Below, in pieces: positions 1 to 12,288 of a DNA stretch of 64,000 bases. Every line of letters starts with the position of its first letter. The stretch's first letter is position 1. Below the pieces are notes generated by a model. That model saw only the letters and a program-made list of their open reading frames with translations, searched no databases and was not told where the DNA came from. The stretch is from Lingula anatina (Eukaryota; Animalia; Brachiopoda). Where the stretch lies: NCBI GenBank assembly GCA_051362555.1, contig CM120646.1:6572001-6636000 (forward strand), in the 5' to 3' direction. Position numbers and translations under genes: made by a program.

Positions 1-1234
1 TTGGCAATGCGCAGAAAGGGAGAAGAACACACATTTGACTATGAAAGCTCAATATACTGGAGATAGTACGCTAGGCTGACTCGAGTAATGTGTTTTTCGC
101 GTGCAAACTCACAAAAACAAATCACATATAGCAGCTTATAAACGGCATTGTAGGCAAGTAGAAGCACAAAGACGGTTACCCTAGCGCGCGCTTTAAGCTT
201 AAAAAGCCGGGCGGGAAAAGTGAGGATAGAAATGAAAGATATTGATGTCTGGCAAAGGAAGATAATATTAAACGTAATGATGGATCTGTTTCCTTTTTTA
301 TCACTGATGGACTCTTGTGTGTAAAATGTTCAGAGTTACGGGTAATTAATATCGAATTTGTGAGGAGTTGATGAGGGTTACGCAGGGAATGCGCAACGAT
401 AAAGTTGATATTTTTATTAGAGGTTGAGGTGCATTTCAAAGGGACGAAGAGCAATTTGTGGGTATGCATTGGATTAACAATATCGTTTTTGGAAAAAACA
501 GTACAAAACAAAACAAAAAAGTGAACACAAAGGCTTGAGATAGTACATTGCAAACTGAAGTGTTATCTCTTACCTTTAGGTAATAACGAACATTTCGCTA
601 TCAAAAGAGCATAAAAGAGCCAAAAAATACAATTCTTTTTTCAGTCATTTCACAACACAGCGATATTTAGGTAACACTATCAGTCAGAATTGCGTCCAAG
701 AACAAATTAATCCCAACCTAATTAAGTGGTGGTTGGGCCAACTTTCCCAATACCGCTGTCTTTTCTGGATTCATATTAAAAAGACCGTCGTTGCTCCCTG
801 TTGAGAACCAGGTGAGGGTGCGCAGCGGGGCACTTGGAAAAGAAAAGACCATCAATAAATTCCCTATGCGTGTAGGGCACTACACATTTTACCCGCCAAT
901 TAAAAGAGAAAGGATTTAAACGAGAAAGGAGTCACAAGATAGACAGGTGTGCTGTTCAAAAGGAAAACATTCGATGAAAGGTTAATCTCTTACCGTGACC
1001 TAATTCACAATGGGGGCAGCCATCTTGAAATAAAAAATATGGCGTCAGTGGAAAGAGAACAGATTAAACGAAATTATCATGCACTGAGATACCAATCCTT
1101 TCTAAATGAGTTACAAATGTTCATCAAAACATCTAGTTCCACTTGGCGTCATAATTGCTCACAAAATTGCCTCTTATTGTATTTAATCAATAAGTCCACG
1201 TTAACACGAATAACACATGTTGTTTTCCCCGCAG

Positions 1235-1289
1235 AGGGGCTAGGAGAGCACTGTGACTTTCTCTAGGGACCCAAAATGACAGCGTTCAG
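1235..1289 (+). other. Candidate short spliceosomal exon (55 nt) with ATG at 1276
   Basis: Acceptor ttgttttccccgcAG ends at 1234 and consensus donor CAG|GTAAGT follows 1289. An upstream donor CAG|GTGAGG lies at ~811. aaaATG would give MTAF(S/R) in phase 2. Confidence 0.3.
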
Positions 1290-1520
1290 GTAAGTAATGA
1301 CTTACTGAATGCGACTATTAATCATCTGAAACAGTGAAACACTAACTGTGATTATACGGTATGACATTCAAGATGTTATTTAATAAAGACGAACGGCCTC
1401 CTTCGCACGTGAGTACAACGGTCTGGTCAAATAAAGCACTTTTTTTTGTAAGGTAATCATAAACTTAATAATTGAAAAATCTAAATCTAAATAATCTAGT
1501 TGATTTTTAATTTTAAAATC

Positions 1521-1571
<51 letters not shown>

Positions 1572-1572
1572 T
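1521..1572. repeat. (ATTT)n microsatellite
   Basis: About 13 tandem ATTT units seen directly. Confidence 0.95.
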
Positions 1573-4515
1573 GTGATGACTGTTAAACGGACTTCAAATA
1601 AAGCCCATCTAAAATTTCTAAAAATAATTAGGAACCAGTTAAAGAAAAAAATAATAATTACCCGGACTTTTTGTCATAAAGAGCATTCTACATAATTTTA
1701 TAAATGGATCATGGTTATTCATATTTTAACAATTATACAATTACTTGTAGTAGCTTTCCAAATCGGACTATCTAAATGTTAGAAACCCTCTGTTAATGTC
1801 CGCGTGCATTCTTCATTATTCTAAGGTAATGCAATTGATTCCCCCTGCTAAATATAGCTCTTCTGCGCCAGGTTACAATACTTAGATCACATGCAACCGT
1901 TCACATGGTTTTGAACGCCTTACTAAAAAAAAAAAATTAGTACCTTTGAGTTTGGAAGTGGGGTGTAATAGAAAAGCCGTTTTATGCCACGAAATTGCCG
2001 AGGTGAGCAGGAAATTTTGTATTTCTAGCGCCATAAGCCTGTATACAGTCCCTTCAAATATACGTCGGTATACCAGATACTGTGGCCTCTTTGTCATTTT
2101 GTTTGATTTAATAATTGATTCATTCAAAAGTCATTTTTGACGTGACAGATTGATTATGTTCGTTATATCCAAGTTAGGATGCACAATAAAATTGAGTCTT
2201 TTCTTTATTATTGACCATATTCGGAAGTTGAAAAAATTACCTTTATTTTCTGTGAGAATATACATGTAGGACGTAGTGCTGTGTTACCCCCCACCTCGCG
2301 CTGGTCAAGAAAGTGACCACTACAAACCACCACATCAATATAATCACACACCTTGGACTTGCTCAGTCTCCATGTTACCGGTCATCACAGACTGACCGCT
2401 GGTCAAGGATATGGTATTACTGCGGGCAGTACAACTACCACCCATAACTCGGACGACCAAGGTGGTCAGCATGAAGGGTGGGCTTTCCTTTTAAGTCGAA
2501 CGGCCTAACTCTTTCAAGTCATTATTATGCCAGGCTCGGTGCATTTCCAGTACGAAGTTTTTAAAGTTATTCTCACACCAGGAAAGTTTCTTTTGTCAGG
2601 AGTAATAATATGCCTAGCTAGAATTTTACACTTTCCCTCAACAGCATTCTGCCCCTCCCAAGTCAAAGATAAAACAAAATGAAGAAATAAAATAAAATGA
2701 ATAACTATAATAATAATAATAACTATGATAAAATCACTTATAGCGATGAATTATAACTTTAGTAAATACATGTGAAAAAATGTTTATATTGAATACAATA
2801 AATAAATAAATAAAATGATCAAAATGATGAATGTTGCCCTCATTTTAGATATGAGTACATTTTAGACCGATTAATTAGTATTAACTATTATCAATTAATA
2901 GTCTACTTCACCGATCTCAACGCGTGCCATATAACAGTCTCGTTATCAAACATTATGATTAGAGCTTGGACATTTTCCAAATGTATATCAAATCACCTAT
3001 TAATGCACTTGGGGTGCATTATGATATGTGTATGTCCCTTAGTACACGGTAACTCTATATTAATTTCTCACCTTGCTGACAATTTAATAAGAGGACTCGT
3101 ATATCAATATTTAACGTTGGCATTTAACAGGTATACATTTTAGCAAAAAAAAAAAAAAAAGAGGTTCACCGGCTCCTCTCAAGCCACAATGGGTTTTCAC
3201 TCTCTTGTGACCTAAGATTATTTATTTATTTGTTTATTTTTATTTTTTTGTGGAGAGGGGGATTCAGGGAAAGAGAACATATATAAGACTTGTTTTTAAC
3301 CTGGGCCAATGTTGCTGATATATTGTCCTGGTCATGCATGCCAAGTTGAAGACCTACTGTACATGTACATGTAGAAGAGATACTTATAAAACATGCACTA
3401 GCTGTGGAGTATTATATGGGTGAGGGGTGAACGAATTGAAAAAGTAGTGTCAGTTTGAAGTGCCTGTTCATTATCATCCCGTAACCCTTATCAAACGCAA
3501 ATAAACCGTTTTGCACCGAGTGAAATTTCATGCAGCTTTTATGAGTTTTACCTTGGGTTATAAAATGCATGCTTTGTAGGTGCTTTCTCGTTCAAACCCC
3601 TGGAAGGCGGTTCAACTGAGTACAGATCCTTCAATCTAAGAGGAAAAACGATTAATTACTACGGACAGGCTGTCTGTTAAATGTGATGATATGACTTATC
3701 TGTTCAGCTTTTTTAAATACCATTAGAGACCAACAGCAAAACCATAACTTGTTTACACGTCCATGTTTATATCCGTGTCGCATTGTTTTAGGTAAAAATT
3801 GCACTGAATGAAAATAAAACAATACAATCTGCAATATCAAACTGCGTGCATTTAGTCGAAAGAAGCTAGAAAACAATCTGTTTTATTTGTACCATAATTA
3901 TTTATGAAATATTTACAAAGATTTTATGAAATATGTTAAGTTACATAAAAAGATCATCCATCCTACACAATTATATAAATTAATCTTAATGAGTTTATAC
4001 AGTACTTGGTCCTCAACATATTCATCTGAAATGTGACTGATTTTTTATCCGACTTTTTTAATCATTTATCAACCCCCCCCCCCAAAAAAAAAATAATAAT
4101 AATAAAAGAAAAAAGAAAAAAGAAAAAAAAAAGAAATGTGAATATACAGAATATCAGATCCCCAACTCATCTCCCTCTTTCCGCCGAATAGCAACTTTTT
4201 CCTACGATTTTAGTACAATACACATGCACCATAACAATACTACCCTCATATTTTGATATTGCATTTCCGACATAAGAACACGTAAATGTCGTTTTAAGAT
4301 GACCCGGTAGAACAGACGACCAGTGCACCTTCACCTAGTCCATCACTTGTTCCCAGTGCCTGGAATTTCGTGCTGGCATGAATTGTCGTCGTATGACACA
4401 AATGAGGTCGTCTGCCTGTCGTATTGCATCCATATTACATGCATCTTATCAAAATAGCCCCTAGCATCTGTCTTTTCACCTTTTGTAATGGCACATTACA
4501 TTCTCGTAAAGACCG

Positions 4516-4528
4516 AGGTCAGAGGTCA
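4516..4528 (+). promoter_or_regulatory. Perfect nuclear-receptor DR1 element (AGGTCA-g-AGGTCA)
   Basis: Exact DR1 consensus (RXR/COUP-TF/HNF4/TR2-4 type). Function not shown. Confidence 0.4.
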
Positions 4529-4545
4529 ACGTGCGTACGATGCCA

Positions 4546-4559
4546 GCGCCACCTTTGGG
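4546..4559 (-). promoter_or_regulatory. CTCF-like motif
   Basis: Reverse complement CCCAAAGGTGGCGC fits CCNNNAGRKGGCRS. Confidence 0.4.
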
Positions 4560-5412
4560 CGAAATTGAAAATGATGATGCTGGTGGTTTGAAGTTGTAAC
4601 GAATTTAGTGAAAAGAAAAAGTACAGGTTGTTGGGCATATTTTATTTGCTATGTGTATCTATTTTTCTATTCATTTAATAAATGAACAATAGCAAAATAA
4701 GTGATCAGAAAAACCGGTATTTTAGTCCGCGTAAAGTAGGCATTTGTAAAAATTGGGAAAAATTACATGTGTAATTTTAAATGGAGTTTTGCTTTGAAAT
4801 CAGGGATGTCTTCATTGGAAACTTTTAAGGTGATGTGGTTGAAACAAAATGCCTTGCATCCTCGTTTGTTAAAGCAGTTTTGACTGGCTGGCGGTAAGAT
4901 CTTATCAAGAACATGATATAAATGATATGTCGGGGAGGTTGAAAAAAATAGTTTATTTATTTTTTTATGGCAATAAAACAACAGCAATGAATGGTACATG
5001 TATGTCTGCGGTATTATATGCTTTGTTTTTCATTTTGTCTTTTGTCTTTTTTTTCGCCCATATCATTTTAGAATGGATTGGTATTCATACTGTTTGCTTG
5101 TACACCGACAAATAAATTGGTACTAAAATTGCTTTTTAGCATATTCACATGTTTTGCCCTATTATAATTTACCAAACAAAAATGTGAAGAAAAAAAGCAG
5201 ATTAAATTTTTGCACGTCATGTACTTGAATTAAAAAAAGATGAGACACATGCACGGGTTAATGATAAGGAAATAAGTTGTTTTTTAGCCATTTAAGTATA
5301 TTTGATGCAGATGAACTCTGCAAATTTTAAGCGATATTTACTACGCACAGTAGAAGCCACCGTTTATACACGTAAAAGGCACAGATGCATTGTGTGCGGT
5401 ACCAGGCACATA

Positions 5413-5580
5413 CAGGGGCGGATTTAGGCCGTCTTCTGGGTCTTCCGGAAGACGGTCAGATTTTCAAGTTTACATTGTCGGGCATCTAATATTTTCTGTC
5501 GGAAGACGGTCAAAAATGGAGGATGGATCAACAAAGATAATTTGGAAGACTGTCAGAAAATATATCTGGATCCGCCCCTG
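5413..5580. mobile_element. MITE (non-autonomous DNA transposon, probably hAT-like) with 5-bp TSD
   Basis: TIRs CAGGGGCGGAT...ATCCGCCCCTG. Direct repeat ACATA at 5408-5412 and 5581-5585. Internal motif GGAAGAC(G/T)GTCA occurs three times. Confidence 0.85.
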
Positions 5581-5902
5581 ACATATGAGAACAATCTTCG
5601 GTTGCAATACATCTAATGATATACTCCGTGTATGATACGTAATATGCATCCATCAATGTCGGCAGATTTTAGGTTGTAGGAAATGTAGATGTTGTAGTCG
5701 GTGTGGTGGAGGTCTCTAGTATGGCACAGACCCCCGGAGTTGAAAATAGATATGATTTACGGTTTGTGTGGGGAGCAAATGTGGACAGAAAAAAGAGAAG
5801 GCGGGGTTGAGATGACTTTTCTCTCTCGAACGGGCTGTAATTTTTGTCAACTTGTCTGAAAATCGGAGCGTTGTTTAGATGTGGTTGATGATATGATAAG
5901 CA

Positions 5903-5939
5903 TCTCTCTCTCTTTCCCCCTCTCTCTCTCTCTCCCTCC

Positions 5940-5979
<40 letters not shown>

Positions 5980-6026
5980 TACGCACACACATAAAAACAC
6001 ACCTTATACGCGCGCGCACACACACA
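5903..6026. repeat. (CT)n tract followed by (CA)/(CG) alternating repeats
   Basis: Seen directly. It explains the spurious ERERER ORF. Confidence 0.9.
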
Positions 6027-6410
6027 AAAACAAACATACCTCCCATGTTCTTCCTCTTTTTATTTTCTTTAAAAAATATTATATTCTATGTAAACTTGTG
6101 AACATAGCAGAGTCGATTAGGATGAACTACTTCAGGAAAATGGATTTAGGCGAAACTCGTGGGACATCTAGCATCAAGCCCAAATTTTGTCAGGGTGTCG
6201 GCCACGCTGATTTCATAGAGTCTCACCATTTAGAAGGTCAAGGGGTCAAATGCTATATAAAAGCCCCGTGGAGATCACAAAAAAAGATTAAGCAACAGGA
6301 GTTATACCATTCTCCCATAGATATGGAAATTACAATTGATGTGTTTTTGCATGAAACGCTATATGGTAATCGCTATCCGACGAGGGTTGTCCGCTTCCAA
6401 ACCGCTTTTA

Positions 6411-6424
6411 CCGCCCTCTATTGG
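6411..6424 (-). promoter_or_regulatory. CTCF-like motif
   Basis: Reverse complement CCAATAGAGGGCGG fits CCNNNAGRKGGCRS. Confidence 0.4.
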
Positions 6425-9400
6425 CCGGCGCAAAGTGTTACCATGTAAAATCTTCATACACGCAAAATGTGCTTATAATGCCTAATTCAGGAGAGAGCAA
6501 TGAACTTGTGGATATTTGTCAATTTTTTTTTCTCTTCAAGTTCAAGTTGCTCCCTTACCCACCTCCATCAGTAAAACGCTATATCTACTAGATAATACTG
6601 TTTCAATCTGCTTTTCATGATATTTTCAGATTCATGATTTAGAACTGCCTAAAGTAACAGAAATCCAACTGTAAGATCTCATACTTCACCGCTTAGGGCG
6701 TAGATGTTGCTTGAAAAAAAATAGTCTAATGGCTTGCATCAGTTCTTGGACATAATAATGCGTTATTATGTCCAAGGTCAGTTTGATAGTATTATTACAA
6801 GTAAATAATACATCCTGTAGAATTGCGAAGATATATTGTTCACTTCTATAAGTTACTTCACCGTCTTCACAAGTGAAATGGAAAAATAAAAACGCCCGAA
6901 TGAAAAATGCACCAACCGGACCCGGGACCACAAGCATTGCTGATCGTCCAATATAACACTGAAACCGATACTTGCAGAAGTTAAGCGGTTAATAGCTCGT
7001 AGAATTTCGAGCCCTTGTAAAATGACCAGATAATCAGTTTGCACTTGAAGATTATTGCAAACGTTTTAATGGCCTCTTCGTCGTATAAAGCGTCTGACGT
7101 AAGGGTCCTGGGGGTGGGGGGCATTGATTAATAGAGAACTAATGGGTAAATAGCTGTCCACTATAATCATGATGTCTGGGCACTCCATTTTAACATGTAG
7201 GTGTTATATTTGTCACCTGTGGGGTCGGGCTTCTGTGAGGTCCGTGCTTTTTCCCCTGTTGAAAAGTAGAAGGCTTTAAGCATTTCTGGAATTCTCAATA
7301 CTAAAATTCGAGGTTGACGTATGAAGAGATTTTGAATTTAAGCCAGGATATTATGCCGCGCCTCCACTAGGCAAATTTTGAATAAGCAAGATGTATTTGA
7401 TATACTGCGTGTCAACAGAGAATAGTCAGAAAAAAACAACATTTTCCGCACTTCACTTAAAATCAAAACTTCATTTACCTAGAGGACTTTCTTTATCATC
7501 TCCTTCGTTATACTTTTATTATCCTTATTTGTAGTTTTCTTTAGAAATGATGAATCTTAAGCTCCTGTTAATAATTGATCGACATGGCTAAAATACATGG
7601 GATGCATATGGCAGACTTGCCTCATACCACACGAAGACAAAAAAAAGTGGTCTTAAAATACATTTTAGAAATTCTATGTAATGGACATCTACTAACTTCT
7701 TATTTGCGAGAGGAATTTGTGTGTAATTCATTTTTTGTTATTTGAAAATTTGTTAAAAAAAGAGGTAAAAGTAATATCAGTTTCACATAACACATTCCTG
7801 AAATTCAACTTCAAGATACCGCATAACATAAGACGATGGCGCCATCTTTAGCCAAAGTAACACATCACAAATATATCTATGTCGCAACTGCTGCAATCGA
7901 CGGGCAATCCACGACAGTAGGGAATCACGAAGATGTGTAGAGTGCACGACTGATTTTAGCTAGCATTTGCGCGTAAAAAAGATTATCGAAGCGAGAAAAG
8001 GCCGCGTATGCATGTTTATGTCCGTAAGACGTATATAGTTTGTGTGTTTAAGACCTCATTCCTCTATGTATTATGTGATTTTTCAACATCTTTTTCCAGT
8101 AATTATGTTTGGTTATATGGTTATCTGTTACAGATACATGACCGAATTGAATACTGTTGACGAATTGCTTTCCACATAAATACGCATATAATTTTTAATG
8201 GGTTGAATTTAAAATACAAAATATAAAACTAGAGAAAAGCGCTAAAACTGTGGGAAATGGTAAGCCAAAAACATTATATTGATATACCTAATATGGAATT
8301 AATTGCGCAGACAATCTGTAAGGAATCAGGAATACGACTGCCAGTGCAAAGTCAGTTTTGCTTCTTAGAGTGATGGCGATTTGAATATTAAGATAATTAC
8401 TAGGTGATGTATGAGTCATGGAGATGAGTAATTTACCTGAGTGACGTCATTTTTATCTTGTATGTCAATAAGAAGAAAAGTGCATGTAGAGAGAAAGAAA
8501 GAGCATCCGCGTATCATATTTTAAATAGATATTACTTGTGTTGGATTCAAGATTTTAAAAAAAAAACCAGCACCAATAAATTTCCCATTGATTTTCCACA
8601 TTTGTGATACTTTGAAGACATTCACCCCCCCCCCCCTAAAAAAAGAAAAAAAAAAGGAAATTCAATTCATGACATGCATTCCTTCAGTTTACACTTCTAG
8701 TAAAAAGATCAACGCGAGGTATTATTTTAAAATTTGAAATATTCTATGTGGGCACCATTACTAAAGAATCCTGCTTAAATTGATTGTCCAAATTTTTGTG
8801 AATAATTTTGTCCTGGCACGTGCTTTCTGAGTAATACACATCGCCATTTCTCCCTTTTTTAGTTTTTTCTTTCCTTTTTCCTTTTTTTTTCAGGTAGTTT
8901 TTATATTCCAAATTCCTAGCTTGCAAATAATTGCAGAGATGCCGATACAACGAACATAGCGTTTCGGCGCAGAAGATTTTGCCAAGCATCATAAATAAAG
9001 TCTGCGAAAACCAATTAGAGAGATATTCACAGATGATTCAATGCGGACAGTTCTCGCAGGCATGCTACAAGGCTGCAACGATAAAAGCGACAGAGATTTA
9101 TGTAAAGAAATTGCTCGCGTCCGTGGCTCAAATGAACCATTTTAGACGGTGAGACATAAAAATGTATTTAATGCGGGTCTCTCACGCACAATCAGAGTTA
9201 AAATGCAATTATCAATCGTCATCCCGCCTTGCATTCACATCGCCTCGACTAGATTGTGTTGACGCATGCGTGAAACAAGCAAATTAGAAAATGAAATGAT
9301 TGGTTGTTTGCGTTGTGTATGTATATTAGGAATGTAGTGCAGGCTGAATAGATAGTTATGCAGTGAGGTGAAGTGTAGTTTTATTGTCAAGTGTGTGAGG

Positions 9401-10125
9401 CAACATGCCTGTGTGGATATCATTGGCGTTTAAACATTCTTATTTGAAACAAAAACGTTGAATGAATTTAAAAACTAACCGTGCTAGTAAAATACACTAG
9501 TAAAAAAAAAAGTTAACTGAAATAACGTTTGCTTAGCTTAAAGGCCGGTCGGTCCCTTCACCGGTTACATGCTATTTTCTTTAATCCTTACACTTTCGAT
9601 TAGTTCTTACTAAAAGTAAATTTTCTGTGAAGCACGCTAACTCTTACGTAGCCTTTTATATATGTAATTTTCAAGAGTTTCCCTTTATTTTGATTTCAAT
9701 AGCAATTTCATAAATTCGATGACATAACTGGAATATAACTAATATATAACACTGGAGAGGAGTTTACACTTATAGCAATTGTCTGTGAAATGGCATTTTA
9801 ATGTTGTTTGTTGTTATATCTGTGTAGATGGAGTTGTAGGATTCGGATTACCATAAAACTTCCATCAAATGAAGTTTTTGTACCATTATTGTATTTTTAG
9901 CGCAAGGGCAACTGATAAAATTATTTGTAAATTTTTCATATTTTTTTTTCTTTTCATAGTATCCACTGTATCATATCCTTCAACGCCATTCAACTACAAT
10001 TATGTTTTCCATTTAATTTCATGTTGCTTGGTTTTGTTTGCCCATGAGAACATCGTCTGCGTTTATTTTCGTTCTTTTTTTCTCTTTAGACATGGTGGTT
10101 GAGAGACGGAGGGAATGGCGCCCGA

Positions 10126-10138
10126 AGGTCAGAGGTCA
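10126..10138 (+). promoter_or_regulatory. Perfect nuclear-receptor DR1 element
   Basis: AGGTCAGAGGTCA, identical to the 4516 copy. Confidence 0.4.
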
Positions 10139-10236
10139 ATCTGCTTGGGCGACCTTGCTACATGCGCCACACACGACATGTCAAAAGTCAGGAACCGCTG
10201 TCCAGAAACAAGTGGTATTTGCTCTTTTTATGCCTT

Positions 10237-10242
<6 letters not shown>

Positions 10243-10271
<29 letters not shown>
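10243..10271. repeat. (GA)n microsatellite
   Basis: Seen directly. Confidence 0.95.
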
Positions 10272-12062
10272 CGAAAGAGAAAGAAGAGAAAAAGAGAAAA
10301 ATAGTTTTGAAAATAAATACTTTACAATTGATAAAATTATTTTCCCCAAAAATTATCCATTGCAGTTACCTATTAGAATAAGAAAGTAAAAAGCAACATA
10401 TTAATTTATCCTATATCTTTACAATAAATGTAAAACTTATTAATAATGTCAGGGAGTAGTAAACGATTAAAAAGAAAATCAAACCCAGACGACGTAACGA
10501 TGTATATTATTCCACAGCAGTTGTATTTCTGGTATATAATAAATGAAAATGTACAAATATAGATAAGATTAAAAGCAATTCCTCAGTAAAAATCACAAAC
10601 TCTGAACAACGCCTACCTATTGCTTTAGCTTTGAATGATCTAATTTTTTAAGACAAAACAGTTTGAGTGCATGCCAAACCGATTTACCGCGAAAAAAGTA
10701 GATTAATTTTTAGTCTTCCGTTCAGCTCGCAACTAAGCTATGATGATGAATGCCTCCGAAGATAACCACAATTTGAAAGTCAAAGCAATTTTCCTAGGTC
10801 TCTATTTTTAATGGCGGTTATTTAGATAATAGAGCCGGGTAACTATTCAAAAGTCGTTTGTTTTTGCTTGAAAACGACATCTGGAATCGTTTGTAACGGT
10901 GAAATCGACATGTCGATGGAGAATTAATGGCATTTCTGGCTGGTCCAGCGTCCACAAGGGCCTGCCACTTAATGAAACTGTAAATATCGCTCAAATCAAG
11001 CGAATAGACCGTGACTAGCCGGGTCGACCGGGGGATCGTTGTAGAGAGAATAATGGTCCCAAACAAAGCAAATGATGGGGGTAGAGGGGATGAGATATGG
11101 GACTCGGGGGGGGGGGGGGTCGTGGACGAAGCTTAGCTGTAAAAGTTATTTTAGCAGAGGCCTAGATAATCTGCTGGTTCACAACCATGGTATTAAAATC
11201 CGAAATTAAAAGGCCTTTAAGCCAGAGGTGTAATGTACAAGATAGCACGGCAGCGATTGAGATGACAAAAACAACATTTGATGTTTTAATTGGAATAATA
11301 TTAAGGGTTGTTTTACGAGGGACAATCTCGCCTGCGTTTCTGTTAAAGGGGTCAGTTTGATTTACTGCAAAAAGGCGCAACCTTTTAGAATAGTAAGAAG
11401 TAAGTCACTGCTGCTTTGAGCAAAAGGACTGTGCCTACGTATGGATTAAAACTAACGTCTGGGATCGCAAACTTCTTTTCTTAATCAAGTCAAAAACGTG
11501 ACTTAAAATTAAGTCCTAGTTCAAGGTGTTTCTTTTTGAAATCGATAGAAGAGAATAGGGATGCCAAAGAAAGATAACAGTTCAAAGGGTTTCTCATCTT
11601 CTCAGATGTCATTGGCTCTTATTTCCTCGCAATTTCCTTTTTTGTGCCCACTTCAATACAAAGTCAATTAAAAAGAATCTCTGGAAGCTAGAGCGCTCCA
11701 AGACACCGCGGCTGCACAGTTGATTTTGAAAAACAGGAAGCGTCAGGAGCACCGTCTGCTCTTAGCAAATAAAGCTTCTTTTTATAAAATCCGACAGGTC
11801 TTCACGCAGTTTCCGAGGGATCGATTCATTGCCGAGCTCGACAGAATGAAATTCACTTCGAAGATCACCGGTCCAAGACCTTTATGTTCGATTAGATTCC
11901 AGGATTCTAGCTCAGATTTTCACAATCCATTTTTAACCATTCTACGGATACCGATGGACCCCTGAACCAGTCTTTATAGCATCGACGTTGAATTATACCC
12001 ACACCTGGCCAAGTTGCAATTTGTAATGGGGCCTGATAGTGAAACAGACGTACTTGAGTTAC

Positions 12063-12288
12063 CTGGAATGATCCTGGGGTCCGTTTCCAGGTTTCCGATT
12101 GTTTTCCATTCCCCATAGATTTCATGCTGAGCTCCGCTCGCGAACTTGATGCTTTGACAGTTCGTTCCCAAGCGATCTTTCCTGAGTGGCGCACTTGATC
12201 AGGGTTTGATCAGATAGGCGGGCTCGAATTTTTGAAAACCGATCTGCGTCTTTTTATCGTGTTTCTTGCAAATGAATGGACCGGTGAC
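12063..12288 (-). other. Candidate minus-strand first exon in a CpG-enriched block
   Basis: Minus-strand TATATAAA starts at 12317, implying a TSS near 12285-12289. Donor CAG|GTAACT at 12063/12062. Block 11690-12440 is GC/CpG-richer than its flanks. Confidence 0.25.

Noticed and set aside
176-553. 125-aa minus-strand ORF
   Set aside because: No recognisable domain, and composition typical of random AT-rich DNA.
2324-2366. PPHQYNH-TLDLL resembling the LINE endonuclease PTHxxGHTLDL motif
   Set aside because: Needs a frameshift and no other endonuclease or RT motifs are nearby.
5669-6448. 125-aa and 157-aa ORFs
   Set aside because: They begin in or run through (CT)/(CA) microsatellites and have no family features.
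7090-7372. Degenerate MITE-like GC-rich segment
   Set aside because: No paired TIRs or TSD could be delimited.
8781-8792. miR-219-like TGATTGTCCAAA
   Set aside because: Only 12 nt match and no complementary arm.
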